Positions 8,202 through 16,892 of a stretch of 64,000 nucleotides of DNA are shown here, piece by piece. Position 1 is the first letter of the stretch; the number at the start of each line of letters is the position of its first letter. Below the pieces are notes generated by a model that made no database searches, had not been told where the DNA came from, and saw nothing but the letters and a program-made list of their open reading frames with translations. This stretch comes from Vulcanimicrobiota bacterium (GTDB lineage: Bacteria > Vulcanimicrobiota > Xenobia > Xenobiales > QWHO01), in contig JBDHVW010000040.1 of NCBI GenBank assembly GCA_039809865.1, forward strand, positions 2,731 to 66,730. Direction: 5' to 3'. Both the position numbers and the translations under genes were made by a program.

Positions 8202-10778
8202 CTACCTGCGCCGCCGCCTTTGTCTGGCCCAATCCTCCAGATCGAGCCGGTTGATGAGAAGATTGTCGAGCAGACGAACGGCCCGAATGCTTCCACCTTT
8301 TATGGCCCGGGCGATTGTTGCCCTGGTGGTCCCCACAATCCGGGCGGCCTCTCTCTGGTTGATGATCAGAGGCAACGGGCCCGGGTCGAGACCCGACCGC
8401 TCCAGAAAATCGCGCCACCATGGCTCCAGCTCCTCCGGGCGCGCGGCCGCCCCCAGGGGCTTCAAAACGTCGGGCTCGATTCCGGTCAGAAGGGCCATCT
8501 GCTCGGCTGACACCATATGCCGTGAGCGGTACCAAGCCTGCAAGTCGTCCGGGGCGAACATATATTGGAAGAGCTTTCCCTTGAAGCTCTGGCGCCGGGC
8601 CGGCAACTGCCCCCGGAGGGCCGCCTGGTGGATCAGATCGCGTTTGCAGCCGAGCAAGTCCGCCGCCTGCACCACGTCGAGCGCGCCCGGGATGCCGGCC
8701 TCGGCCGGCGCCACCTCGGCGAAATACTGCTTCGCAAACTCAAGGACTGCCTCGCGAGGCAAGAGATAGACCGGTCGGTTTCCGACGGAAATCTTTTGGG
8801 CTGGCAGCTTGCCTTGCCCATGGGCCCTCCTCAAAACATCGATGGAGACTCCGGTCAGCCGGGAGGCCTCCTCAAACTTGACGAACTCCTCCTGGATGGC
8901 GGGGGGTAAAGCAAAGGCTCGCCTCTCCTCGAGCTGTGCCAGCCATGGCTCCATCTCTTCGCGTCGCACCACCAGACCACGCCGGAGGCCCAGAACTCCC
9001 TGGGGGAACCAGGCCCTGATCGCCCGGAGCTTGTTGGCTCGAATGGCATTGCCGATGGTCACGGTCGAAATGCCCAGTTTCTCGCTCCAGCCACGCACGC
9101 TCAGAGCGCCTTCGGGCGGAAGCTCCTGGCGCAACCACTCGGTGAAAACGGAACGCTGGACCAGGAGGCGATAGCCGCAGCCATCCGGTACGGGCCTTTT
9201 CACACCCGGAAAGCGGCCCTGAGCGATAAATCGGCCCAACGAATTCGGATGAAATCCGCTCAGCTCGGCGGCCTGGCTCAAGCTCAACAGCTCCCCGAGG
9301 TTTTCGTCCGGATGAAACTCCAGTCTTGCCTTGTAGCTCGAGGCCCATTCCTGGAGCTGCTCGCCCCGAACCACGAACCACCTCAGACGGCGATGAGTGC
9401 GCTCCTCGGCGTGCAGCTCGCCCTGCTGGATCGCTCTGCGGATGACGCACGGGTGAAGGTGAACCGTCCGACCTGCCTGGAGAATGGAATAGCAGTCAGG
9501 CTCGACGGGGCGTTCGATCGTGCGAAAGCTTGCCGCCAGGTCGAGATCCCCTCGCAGGATTCGATAGCTGAAGCCGAACTGGCCGAGGCCGGCGACGCGC
9601 TCGCCGGGCAATTCCCCACGAAGGAGCAGTCCCCGTAGCCTCCGAGCGTGGACGCCGGTCAGGTGGGCCACGGTCGGCAGAGGGAGACGCTCGTTGCAGC
9701 TCAACCACTCCTCAAAAACCGTCTGGTCCAAAAATTGCGGCTTCCTCGGGTCGGCGGCAAGCTCCCCCGCGCGCAGCGCCTTGAGAATGCAGCCGATGGG
9801 AGCCCCGGCTCGGCCCGCTGCCTGAACCACCGTCAGCCCGGCGCCAGAGGCCACGTTTTCCAGAACTCGCTTGAAACCACCATAGCGCGCCTTGACTTGA
9901 CCCCTGAGCCATTCGTCGGCCTGGCGTAGCTCCTCCGAGCTGCCAATTCCGATCAGCTCGCGAAGCCCCAGAACGGCTTTGAGAATACCCGGCGGAGCGC
10001 CGTCGTCAGGCCACTTCTGAACTGGCTCCTCGAGCCTGGAGAGGGACAGGCCGGCCAGGGCGACGGCTTCCTCCGGGGACTCCCAGAAACGCTGGATACA
10101 CTCGGTGAGAGCCCGATTCCGGGCCAGATCGACGGCAGCAACCTGGCGCGTGAGGCCGCCCATGAGGCGCAACCGTCCCAGGACTTCGTTGGGAGACAGC
10201 ACCGGCCCCGTTAGAAAATGCTCTGGCAGAAGCGGCTGAGGCAGCGGCAGCCAGGTGCTCTCGCGGAGAGCCTCACGGGCCGTGCCGAAGTGGATCCAGA
10301 TATCCCGCAGCAGGCGGCCAAACCCTCGCCGCGCGAGCCGGCCCTCGTCGAGTGGCAGCCCGCGCTCGGCAAGTTGCGCCACTGCCAGAGCCGTGGCCCC
10401 GCGCGACCAGTGCCGGCGTGGCATATACTCCACCCGCACTCCGGCGAGCAAAAGCGCCTCGGTCCACCCCCCGAGCCGTCGCACAGCCAGGGCGACGAGA
10501 GACGCGTCAGGAAACTTTCCGCGGGGTAGCTCGGCTCCGTCCAGAATTGCGTCGCGCAGCTCCGTCCACATCTGGATCGGCGGGCGACCTCTCCTCCAGC
10601 GGCCCCGAGCGGCCGCCACGAGCCTCCAGGGCAGACCAGCTTCCTGCAGGGCCGCCACCCACGTTCCGTAGCGGTCTAGTGCCTCTCGATAGACAGCGTG
10701 GCCTGCGACCCGAATGGCCTGAGAAGAGGGGATGGGTCCGTGCTCGGCCCACAACGAGCGAAGGGTGGCTTCGATCAT
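8202..10778 (-). CDS. Multi-repeat putative DNA-binding protein: ~5 'FGSW..AL..AG'-type repeats plus ~8-9 tandem excisionase/MerR-like HTH units
   Basis: N-terminal repeats RYGTWVAALQEAGL, RLGGWTEALLLAGV, HFGTAREAL, RFWESPEEAVALAGL. Then units such as LSLSQAAELSGFHPNSLGRFIAQGRFPG, LDVVQAADLLGCKRDLIHQAALRGQLPA and INQREAARIVGTTRATIARAIKGGSIRA. Confidence 0.75.
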   Translation of the reverse strand: MIEATLRSLWAEHGPIPSSQAIRVAGHAVYREALDRYGTWVAALQEAGLPWRLVAAARGRWRRGRPPIQMWTELRDAILDGAELPRGKFPDASLVALAVRRLGGWTEALLLAGVRVEYMPRRHWSRGATALAVAQLAERGLPLDEGRLARRGFGRLLRDIWIHFGTAREALRESTWLPLPQPLLPEHFLTGPVLSPNEVLGRLRLMGGLTRQVAAVDLARNRALTECIQRFWESPEEAVALAGLSLSRLEEPVQKWPDDGAPPGILKAVLGLRELIGIGSSEELRQADEWLRGQVKARYGGFKRVLENVASGAGLTVVQAAGRAGAPIGCILKALRAGELAADPRKPQFLDQTVFEEWLSCNERLPLPTVAHLTGVHARRLRGLLLRGELPGERVAGLGQFGFSYRILRGDLDLAASFRTIERPVEPDCYSILQAGRTVHLHPCVIRRAIQQGELHAEERTHRRLRWFVVRGEQLQEWASSYKARLEFHPDENLGELLSLSQAAELSGFHPNSLGRFIAQGRFPGVKRPVPDGCGYRLLVQRSVFTEWLRQELPPEGALSVRGWSEKLGISTVTIGNAIRANKLRAIRAWFPQGVLGLRRGLVVRREEMEPWLAQLEERRAFALPPAIQEEFVKFEEASRLTGVSIDVLRRAHGQGKLPAQKISVGNRPVYLLPREAVLEFAKQYFAEVAPAEAGIPGALDVVQAADLLGCKRDLIHQAALRGQLPARRQSFKGKLFQYMFAPDDLQAWYRSRHMVSAEQMALLTGIEPDVLKPLGAAARPEELEPWWRDFLERSGLDPGPLPLIINQREAARIVGTTRATIARAIKGGSIRAVRLLDNLLINRLDLEDWARQRRRRR

Positions 10779-10792
10779 GGGCTACGGACTCT

Positions 10793-11233
10793 TTAGAAGT
10801 AAATCCAGGGGCTGGCCGGGACGCCTGTCAGTTTCTCCTGCGCCTGGTCGAGGTCGCGCAGGAACTGCGCCTGCTCTTTGGACTCTTCCTTCAGGCTCGC
10901 TTCGCGGTTCTCCAGGCCCCGATGGGCCAGGTAGAGCCCTACGGCCACGCCGCCCAGGACCATCCCGCGGGTGACGTCGCCGGTGGCGGCGTTCAAGAGG
11001 GCGGAAAACCCGATCCCGAAGGCCCCGCCTCTGGTCATCGCGCTGCCGATACCGGCCCAGGCCGTCTGCTTGCCGATGTGGTTGAGCTCTTGGAAACCGT
11101 TCTGGCGGATCTCATCCAGGTCGTTGCCCGGAGTGGCCTCGAGGCGATCGTTGTACGAGTAGCGGGCCGGAGTTTCGGGGCCGGGCGTGGGCACATAGGA
11201 AACCAGCTGCGGGCGGGCGACGGAGATCTGCAT
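10793..11233 (-). CDS. Hypothetical membrane-associated protein with Gly-rich hydrophobic hairpin
   Basis: MQISVARPQ... start, with AWAGIGSAMTRGGAFGIGFSALL and MVLGGVAVGLYLA. It ends 14 nt before the multi-HTH gene. Confidence 0.65.
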   Translation of the reverse strand: MQISVARPQLVSYVPTPGPETPARYSYNDRLEATPGNDLDEIRQNGFQELNHIGKQTAWAGIGSAMTRGGAFGIGFSALLNAATGDVTRGMVLGGVAVGLYLAHRGLENREASLKEESKEQAQFLRDLDQAQEKLTGVPASPWIYF

Positions 11234-11284
11234 GCGGTTACTCTGGCTGGAAGCACTGAAAAAGACCTGAACACATTTTCGGGA

Positions 11285-11313
11285 TTGACAGCTCCCTGGA
11301 AAATGAATATTGT
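11285..11313 (+). promoter_or_regulatory. Sigma70-type promoter
   Basis: TTGACA (11285-11290), a 17-nt spacer, then TATTGT (11308-11313), in an AT-rich intergenic patch. Confidence 0.72.
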
Positions 11314-11318
11314 GCAAG

Positions 11319-11535
11319 CGTCGGCCTACAACGCCGACCGAATCGGAAAGCGATAGACCGACGCTCCAGGTTGGCGAAACAGCCTGGCGGGCTGCCAGAA
11401 ACCGAGACTGGCAGGGTCTCGATTGCGCAAGCGCGAGACTGGCCTGGCTACAATGCCAGGAGTGGCCGGTGAGGACGGGGCCGGCTAGCCAATTCCCCAT
11501 GGTTCTTGCAAAGCCACCGCGAGGTGGCTTTTGTG
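11319..11535 (+). ncRNA. Candidate structured small RNA (~215 nt, 7-8 consecutive hairpins)
   Basis: Lies between the promoter and a terminator. Back-to-back stems GTCGGC/GCCGAC, CCAGGTTG/CAGCCTGG, CTGCCAG/CTGGCAG, GTCTCG/CGAGAC, CCTGGC/GCCAGG and TGGCCGGT/GCCGGCTA. No convincing ORF. Confidence 0.6.
11510..11535 (+). terminator. Intrinsic terminator
   Basis: AAAGCCACC-GCGA-GGTGGCTTT followed by TGTGTT. Confidence 0.7.
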
Positions 11536-11548
11536 TTATCCTGGCGCA

Positions 11549-12172
11549 ATGAGAAAGCTCTCCGTGTTGCTCGCGCTCCTGATGCTGCTGCCCCTCGTGG
11601 CTCAAGAGCTCAAGCATTATTCCAACAGCCCCTACAAGTTCAGCTTCGACTATCCGGCCGACTTCGAGCTGAACGAAGACCAGGAGCAGCTCCGGAAGAT
11701 CATGGACACGGGCCAGGACGTCATCGACACTTCCAAGATGTCCCCCGAGCTACGCGACGCGATGACGCACGTCGGGCCCCAGTTCATCCTGGGCGCTCCC
11801 AGCGGCGCGGTGATGGTCTGCCTCACCACGCCGGTCAACGAAGCGCAACTGGCCGTGCCCACGCTCGACCTGGCCCGCGCCAGCCTGAAGGAGGCCATCG
11901 TCACCATCCCGGGCAGCAAGACGCTCTCCGAGCCCGCCGAGGTGATGATGGGCGACAATCTGCTGGTCCGCTACGAGCTCGAGCTGCAGGTGAAAGACGA
12001 GACCACCACCCGCCAGGTGCAATACATGGTGCGCAACTCCGAGCTCCGCGCGCTCTACCTGTTCGCGGTCACCTCGGACTCGAGCACGTTCGGGACCGAC
12101 GTGGTGCCGTTCGAGACCATCATCAAGAGCCTCAAGCTCGATTTCGCCACCAGCGACCGCGGCCAGGGCTAG
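11549..12172 (+). CDS. Exported protein, PsbP/DcrB-like fold
   Basis: Signal peptide MRKLSVLLALLMLLPLVA, YSNSPYKFSFDYPADF N-terminal motif, and FETIIKSLKL end. TGnTATCCT lies 6 nt before the ATG. Confidence 0.7.
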   Translation: MRKLSVLLALLMLLPLVAQELKHYSNSPYKFSFDYPADFELNEDQEQLRKIMDTGQDVIDTSKMSPELRDAMTHVGPQFILGAPSGAVMVCLTTPVNEAQLAVPTLDLARASLKEAIVTIPGSKTLSEPAEVMMGDNLLVRYELELQVKDETTTRQVQYMVRNSELRALYLFAVTSDSSTFGTDVVPFETIIKSLKLDFATSDRGQG

Positions 12173-12174
12173 AT

Positions 12175-12223
12175 GGAGATGGGAGATGGGAGACGGGAGA
12201 CGGGAGACGGGAGACCGGAGATC
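12175..12223. repeat. 7-bp tandem repeat GGAGAY(G/C) x7 between convergent genes
   Basis: ggagatg ggagatg ggagacg ggagacg ggagacg ggagacc ggagatc. Confidence 0.9.
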
Positions 12224-12224
12224 G

Positions 12225-13097
12225 TTAAATGATTCCGTCTTCGCCCAGGGGGCGGTCGGGGGCGGGTCCTCCGCCGGCATCCAGCCCGTATTCCCGCTTG
12301 GCGTGCTCGATGAGCACGCGGCCCGAGCTGATCATCTGCTCGGCCTCGGGGATGATCTTGAGGGCGCGGTCCAGGACGCTCTGGTCGAGCCGCTCGACGA
12401 AGGTGCGGGAGATGCGGCACGCCTCCTGAAGCGTGCGCAGGCCGGTCTTCACGCGCTCGAGCCCGAGCAGATAGTGCTCGTTGTCGAACATCGGCAGGTA
12501 GCTTAAATCGGCGTATTCGTTGCCGACATCGAGGTTCAGGCTCTTGACGCGGCCGCTGAACAGCACCGGCTGCAGCTGGTGGGCCCGCACCTGGGCGATC
12601 AGCGTGCGCAGGCGCTCGCACGACGGGTTGCTCTCGGCCTTGCCCAGGCGCAACGGGGAGGCTTCCTCCTGCTGCTTGGTCTCCCACAGCGAGCGCTCGG
12701 GCGTGAGGTTGCGGCCGCAACTCTCGCAATTGGTCATCCAGAGCTGGTTGATCGTGCCGCATTGCGAGCAGGTCAGCTCGAACGAGATCTTCTTGCCGAC
12801 CGTCAGCTCCTCCACCCGCGTCTGGAGCGCGGAGAGGTAGCTGCGCACCGTGGCCAGCTCCTGCTCGAAGCTCGACTGCAGGGTGCCGAGGTAGGCGCGC
12901 AGCTCGTCCTCGGAGAGACCTTCGGCGGCGCACAGCTCGGCCAGCTTCTCGTGGCTCGACAGGGCCTCTCGCACGGCCGAGAGATACTCCTGGAAACTGG
13001 CCCCCGCTTTGGCGCCGCGCAGGGTCTGCACCACCTCTTCCGCGGGCGCGGGGGCGGACGAGCCGAGCAGACCCTGAAGCAGCGACATCCAGCTCAT
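12225..13097 (-). CDS. Hypothetical helical protein with a zinc ribbon
   Basis: CSQCG...CESCG motif and genome-typical codon usage. Starts 1 nt after the DUF1152 stop. Confidence 0.7.
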   Translation of the reverse strand: MSWMSLLQGLLGSSAPAPAEEVVQTLRGAKAGASFQEYLSAVREALSSHEKLAELCAAEGLSEDELRAYLGTLQSSFEQELATVRSYLSALQTRVEELTVGKKISFELTCSQCGTINQLWMTNCESCGRNLTPERSLWETKQQEEASPLRLGKAESNPSCERLRTLIAQVRAHQLQPVLFSGRVKSLNLDVGNEYADLSYLPMFDNEHYLLGLERVKTGLRTLQEACRISRTFVERLDQSVLDRALKIIPEAEQMISSGRVLIEHAKREYGLDAGGGPAPDRPLGEDGII

Positions 13098-13098
13098 A

Positions 13099-14055
13099 TC
13101 AGTGCGGGATCGGTTCCCAACCCTTCATCGGAGGATACTGCTTGCGAAACTCGCTCACCACCCGCTCCACGTCCGTGTAGCTGCGGGTTTGCAGCAGCTC
13201 CTTGAGGTAGAGGCAGCGCCGACACACGGCGTCGACCTCGTAGGACCAGTACTGACTCATCAGGGGACTGATGAACAGCTTCGACCCTTTCGTGCGCCAG
13301 GTTCGATGATGATCGCCAAAATGCCCCTCGAGAGCCGATGCGATGGAATTCGAGACGACGCTGGGCGACCCTGGCAGGGCCAAGTTCGCAAAGTCGACCG
13401 CCTGCAGGAAGAGCTGCGCCTCGGGCATCTCCGGCAAGAGCGAGAACGCGCCCAGAAAGCCACCGCGCTTCTGCAGCGCGGCGGTGTTCTCGAGAAAGCT
13501 GGCGTGGCACACTCCGTCGAACGCGTCGACCCCGAAGCCGAGGCAGGTCAGCACGCGGTAGGGCACGTCCTTCAAGCCGTGGACGGCCGCCAGGCTGGTG
13601 AGATCCTCGTGGGGGGTGCCCAGGCCCACCTCGTCGCCGCGCATCAGGCTGTCGGTGCCGCCGTCGACCAGTACGATGGCATCGAGTCCGAGCCAGTCGG
13701 TGAGCTTGCGCCAGGCGTCGGCCAGCGTCACGACGCCAGTGCGCGAGAAGCAGAAGATGGAGATCTTCTCGCCGTGGGTCTGGAACCACTGGCAGAGCGT
13801 GCGCTCGGGGAAATACTCGTCCGAGCCCCGGGTGTCGACATCGATCTCGGTCAGGGCGGGCGCGATGCGGCGCCCCGTCTCGGGCCGAAGCGAGGCAAAG
13901 GACATGTTGCCCAGATAGACTTGCTCCACGCGGGGACGCAGATAGAAGTAGAGCGGTAGCCCCACATACAGATCGAAGCCGCCCCCCGCGCCGCACAGCA
14001 GCACCCGGCGGGCCCGCGAGAGGCGCTGCAGGACGGGCGGAACACCAAAGTCCAT
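13099..14055 (-). CDS. DUF1152 family protein
   Basis: LCGAGGGFD, DAIVLVDGGTDSLMRGDEVGLGTPHED and CLGFGVD. Confidence 0.85.
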   Translation of the reverse strand: MDFGVPPVLQRLSRARRVLLCGAGGGFDLYVGLPLYFYLRPRVEQVYLGNMSFASLRPETGRRIAPALTEIDVDTRGSDEYFPERTLCQWFQTHGEKISIFCFSRTGVVTLADAWRKLTDWLGLDAIVLVDGGTDSLMRGDEVGLGTPHEDLTSLAAVHGLKDVPYRVLTCLGFGVDAFDGVCHASFLENTAALQKRGGFLGAFSLLPEMPEAQLFLQAVDFANLALPGSPSVVSNSIASALEGHFGDHHRTWRTKGSKLFISPLMSQYWSYEVDAVCRRCLYLKELLQTRSYTDVERVVSEFRKQYPPMKGWEPIPH

Positions 14056-14122
14056 GAGGCTCCAGGTTCGACTGTGGAGGGGAACAGCCTTTCCGCCTCC
14101 CGTCGATATCCGTTAGCCGCTC

Positions 14123-14650
14123 TTATCGTCGGTTTCCGTCGCCAAGCTTTGCCACCATCCGATCGATCGTGTTGCGGTTGCGCATCGTGGCCGGCCCCCC
14201 GAGCAGCTTCTCGAGCGCCGCGCCGGAGAACTTCGAGTCCATCATCTGGCCGTGAACCAGCCACCAGAGCTCGCGGCCGGTCACGGCAAACTCGTCCTCG
14301 AACTCCGCGAGCTTCTGCACGAAGCTCTTGGGCGGCGGCTCTTTGAGGAAGGCCACATGGACCCGGCCGTCGGTCTTGCCGAACGGGTGCCGGGCGGCGA
14401 TGGCCTTCAGCTCCTTGACGCTCCGGACGAAGGTGTCCACCTTATAGCCCAGAGCCTTCTGCAGGTCCGCCTCGAGTTGTTTCTCCAGAGCCCCGGCGCT
14501 TTCGCGAGAGGTGAGGATGACGTTCCCGCTGGCGATGAACGTGGAGACCTCCTCGTGACCGGCCTCTTCGAGGAGGCGCTTGAGGTCCGCCATCTTGACG
14601 GTCCGCCCTCCGACGTTGATGGCCCGCAGGAAGGCGATGTAGACCGGCAT
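14123..14650 (-). CDS. DUF1697 family protein
   Basis: YIAFLRAINVGG...TFIASGNV...ATMRNRNT, with a GGAGG SD before the ATG at 14650. Confidence 0.9.
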   Translation of the reverse strand: MPVYIAFLRAINVGGRTVKMADLKRLLEEAGHEEVSTFIASGNVILTSRESAGALEKQLEADLQKALGYKVDTFVRSVKELKAIAARHPFGKTDGRVHVAFLKEPPPKSFVQKLAEFEDEFAVTGRELWWLVHGQMMDSKFSGAALEKLLGGPATMRNRNTIDRMVAKLGDGNRR

Positions 14651-14724
14651 GGTTCCTCCGACCGGAAACAAATTGGACATGTTTTGCGCGAGAAATGTCA
14701 AAGCTAATAAGGCACACTTAAAAC

Positions 14725-14928
14725 ATGCTGAAAACAGCCCCCGGCCCCAAAGGTTTCGCTCCGGAAGACTTCCGCATTCTCTGCGCGTGGTGCCGGGAGG
14801 AGATGCGCTCGAACTCGGCTACGCCCCCCTCGTCGGGCGAGGTTCCCGAGTCGCACGGCATCTGCATCCCCTGCGCTCTGCGCCTGGGACTGCCCCCCGA
14901 GCGCCTGCCGCAACTGAACGTCGCCTGA
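14725..14928 (+). CDS. Small zinc-binding protein (CAWC...SHGICxxC)
   Basis: LCAWC and ESHGICIPC motifs, preceded by an AT-rich promoter-like region. Confidence 0.65.
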   Translation: MLKTAPGPKGFAPEDFRILCAWCREEMRSNSATPPSSGEVPESHGICIPCALRLGLPPERLPQLNVA

Positions 14929-14989
14929 CAGGAGCCTTCCCGCTCGCTTGCGAAGGTCGCGCCCGATTCTGACCCGGGAGCACCCTCTC

Positions 14990-16123
14990 ATGCGCGTTTT
15001 GTCGCTCATCTGTCTGATTCTGCTGGGACTGGTCTTGCCCTTGCGGGCCGAGATCGTCCCGGTTCCCCCCGATTTCGAGCTGGACAAGCAGTTGCCCGGC
15101 TCCGATCCCTACTGGATCATCCGCCCGACGTTCTCGTACGACGGCAAGTATATCGCCGGCTTCTTCAATTCCACCAAGGTCCTGACCGTGTGGGAAGTGG
15201 CCTCCGGCAAGGTCGTCAAGGAGATCGGCCCGGGCGTTCACAAGCTCGATTCGATCGATGGTCTCGAGTTCACGCTCGATTCCAAGCAGATCATCCTGCT
15301 GCGCAACTTCCAGCCCATGAAGTGGATCGACTGGAGCGCCGGCACGGTGACCAAAGAGCTGGCCACCAACGCGGACCCGAAGAAGATCATGGACTACAGC
15401 TTCAGTCCCGACCAGGGTCTGGTGGCCATCGCCACGTCGACCGGCGTGGCCCTGTGGGACGTGAAGGCGGGCAAGAAGCTCAAGACCTTCGTCGAGGGCA
15501 CGCCCATCTGCTCGGTGGACTGGCTCGAGTACACCCCGCCCAAGCAGAAAAAGGTGCGCCTGCTGGCCTACGGCAAGCCGCTGATGCCCCCCAACACCAC
15601 CTGGAAGGACGTGGCCGGGATCATCGACATCGATTCCGGTAAAGTCACGCCCATCCTGAACGACATCCCCGCCGACAAGAAGGTGGACGGCAAGATGACG
15701 TTCTCCTTCGTGCGCTGGGAGTGGGGCGGACAGTACCTGCTGGTGACCTACTGGAACCTGCCGCCCAGCCAGAAGGCCGGCGCGGTGCTGGTGGACACGT
15801 TCACGGGCAAGTACCTGGCCAACCACGATCTGGAGGAGCTGGCGGTGGGCTGGGCCCCGCGCTATCTGGGCAAGCCGTTTTACGGTTTCGAGGTGGCCAC
15901 CTGGGACATCACCGGCAACCCCTACAAGACGGCCGCCCAGTTCCTGGTGCCCACCAGGAAGGAAGGCCTGAAGATCCTGGACACCATCAACGAGACGGTG
16001 ATCCCGATCCAGTCCATCTCGGTCAACCGCACGGGCACGATGGCGGCCATCACCACCAAGCCCGACCCCACCGCCCCCAGCCAGCTGTTCCTTTACAAGC
16101 TGGTGCCTAGGAAGACGCCTTAA
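14990..16123 (+). CDS. Exported WD40-like beta-propeller protein
   Basis: Signal peptide MRVLSLICLILLGLVLPLRA. Blades FSYDGKYIA...VWEVASGK and FSPDQGLVA...LWDVKAGK. Confidence 0.8.
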   Translation: MRVLSLICLILLGLVLPLRAEIVPVPPDFELDKQLPGSDPYWIIRPTFSYDGKYIAGFFNSTKVLTVWEVASGKVVKEIGPGVHKLDSIDGLEFTLDSKQIILLRNFQPMKWIDWSAGTVTKELATNADPKKIMDYSFSPDQGLVAIATSTGVALWDVKAGKKLKTFVEGTPICSVDWLEYTPPKQKKVRLLAYGKPLMPPNTTWKDVAGIIDIDSGKVTPILNDIPADKKVDGKMTFSFVRWEWGGQYLLVTYWNLPPSQKAGAVLVDTFTGKYLANHDLEELAVGWAPRYLGKPFYGFEVATWDITGNPYKTAAQFLVPTRKEGLKILDTINETVIPIQSISVNRTGTMAAITTKPDPTAPSQLFLYKLVPRKTP

Positions 16124-16487
16124 GCGCCTCGTCGAACGCGGCCGGGTCGGTGTAGAGCCTCATCAGCTCGCCCAACTCGGCAAAGCGCTTCACGAATTCA
16201 GCCGAGAGCTGGATGAACTTCGAGCCGGTGAGCATGTTGATGCATGTGAACCGGCTCTTGTTTTTGCCCAGATAGAGGGCCCAGGCCCCGCTGACATCGA
16301 TGCTGGCGGCTTTGGCGTCGCGGGCGTCGATGAAGAGCTCGACTTTCCGGTCGAGGAGGTGCTTGTCGAGCAGAACGAAGGGCGCCTGGTCATACTGGCC
16401 GGCATCCTGGCCGTCGAAAACGACCAGCACCACGCTGGGCGCGGGGCGGGTGATGGTGATGGCTCCGTGCTCGGATTCGAGTCGCAT
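16107..16487 (-). CDS. Small STAS/SpoIIAA-like hypothetical protein
   Basis: Alpha/beta pattern VVLVVFDG...LFIDARD...YTDPAAFDEAL. The fold call is tentative. Confidence 0.55.
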   Translation of the reverse strand: MRLESEHGAITITRPAPSVVLVVFDGQDAGQYDQAPFVLLDKHLLDRKVELFIDARDAKAASIDVSGAWALYLGKNKSRFTCINMLTGSKFIQLSAEFVKRFAELGELMRLYTDPAAFDEALKASS

Positions 16488-16513
16488 CCTTAGAGCTTCT
16501 GGAAAACAGAAGA

Positions 16514-16538
16514 GGCTTCCTCGCCAGGCGGGGAAGCC
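16514..16538 (-). terminator. Probable intrinsic terminator
   Basis: GGCTTCC...GGAAGCC hairpin followed on the minus strand by TCTTCTGTTTT, downstream of the 16565 gene. Confidence 0.5.
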
Positions 16539-16564
16539 ACTTCAGCCCTCAGGCAGAAAAAATC

Positions 16565-16774
16565 TTACTTTTTGAGAGCCGCGCGGGTCAGTTCGCCCTG
16601 GCGCTGGACTTCCAGCACCAGGCGGCGGATGCACACGCTGTAGAGCACTGCCAGACCGGGCTGGTCGCCGAAGCTAATGGTAGCACCGGCGGGCAGCTCC
16701 AGGTTGAGCAAGGGCCCCATCGTATCTTCGAGCGCCCTGATTTTGGCGTCGATCGCGTCAATGTTTTCAGCCAC
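16565..16774 (-). CDS. Small hypothetical protein (69 aa)
   Basis: GGAGG SD then GTG at 16774: (M)AENIDAIDAKIRALED... Confidence 0.55.
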   Translation of the reverse strand: MAENIDAIDAKIRALEDTMGPLLNLELPAGATISFGDQPGLAVLYSVCIRRLVLEVQRQGELTRAALKK

Positions 16775-16892
16775 TGTATCCCTCCCAGTGTTCGATGGAA
16801 TTGCCTGCCGTTCGACGGCCATGTTGATCTGCCTTCCGCGGTGAAGAGTTTTCTTCCCAAGGCGAGGGGGACGTGCTATACTGCCGCCCGTT

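Noticed and set aside
11480-11535. GCAAAGCC...hairpin considered as a c-di-GMP-I riboswitch
   Set aside because: The upstream GGCAAAC/GAAA P2 arrangement is missing, and the hairpin fits a plain terminator better.
11319-11535. Candidate RNA considered as a CsrB/Rsm sponge, 6S RNA or retron msr-msd
   Set aside because: It has only about three GGA motifs, no long end-to-end rod, and no reverse transcriptase is present in the window. These are not excluded, just unsupported.
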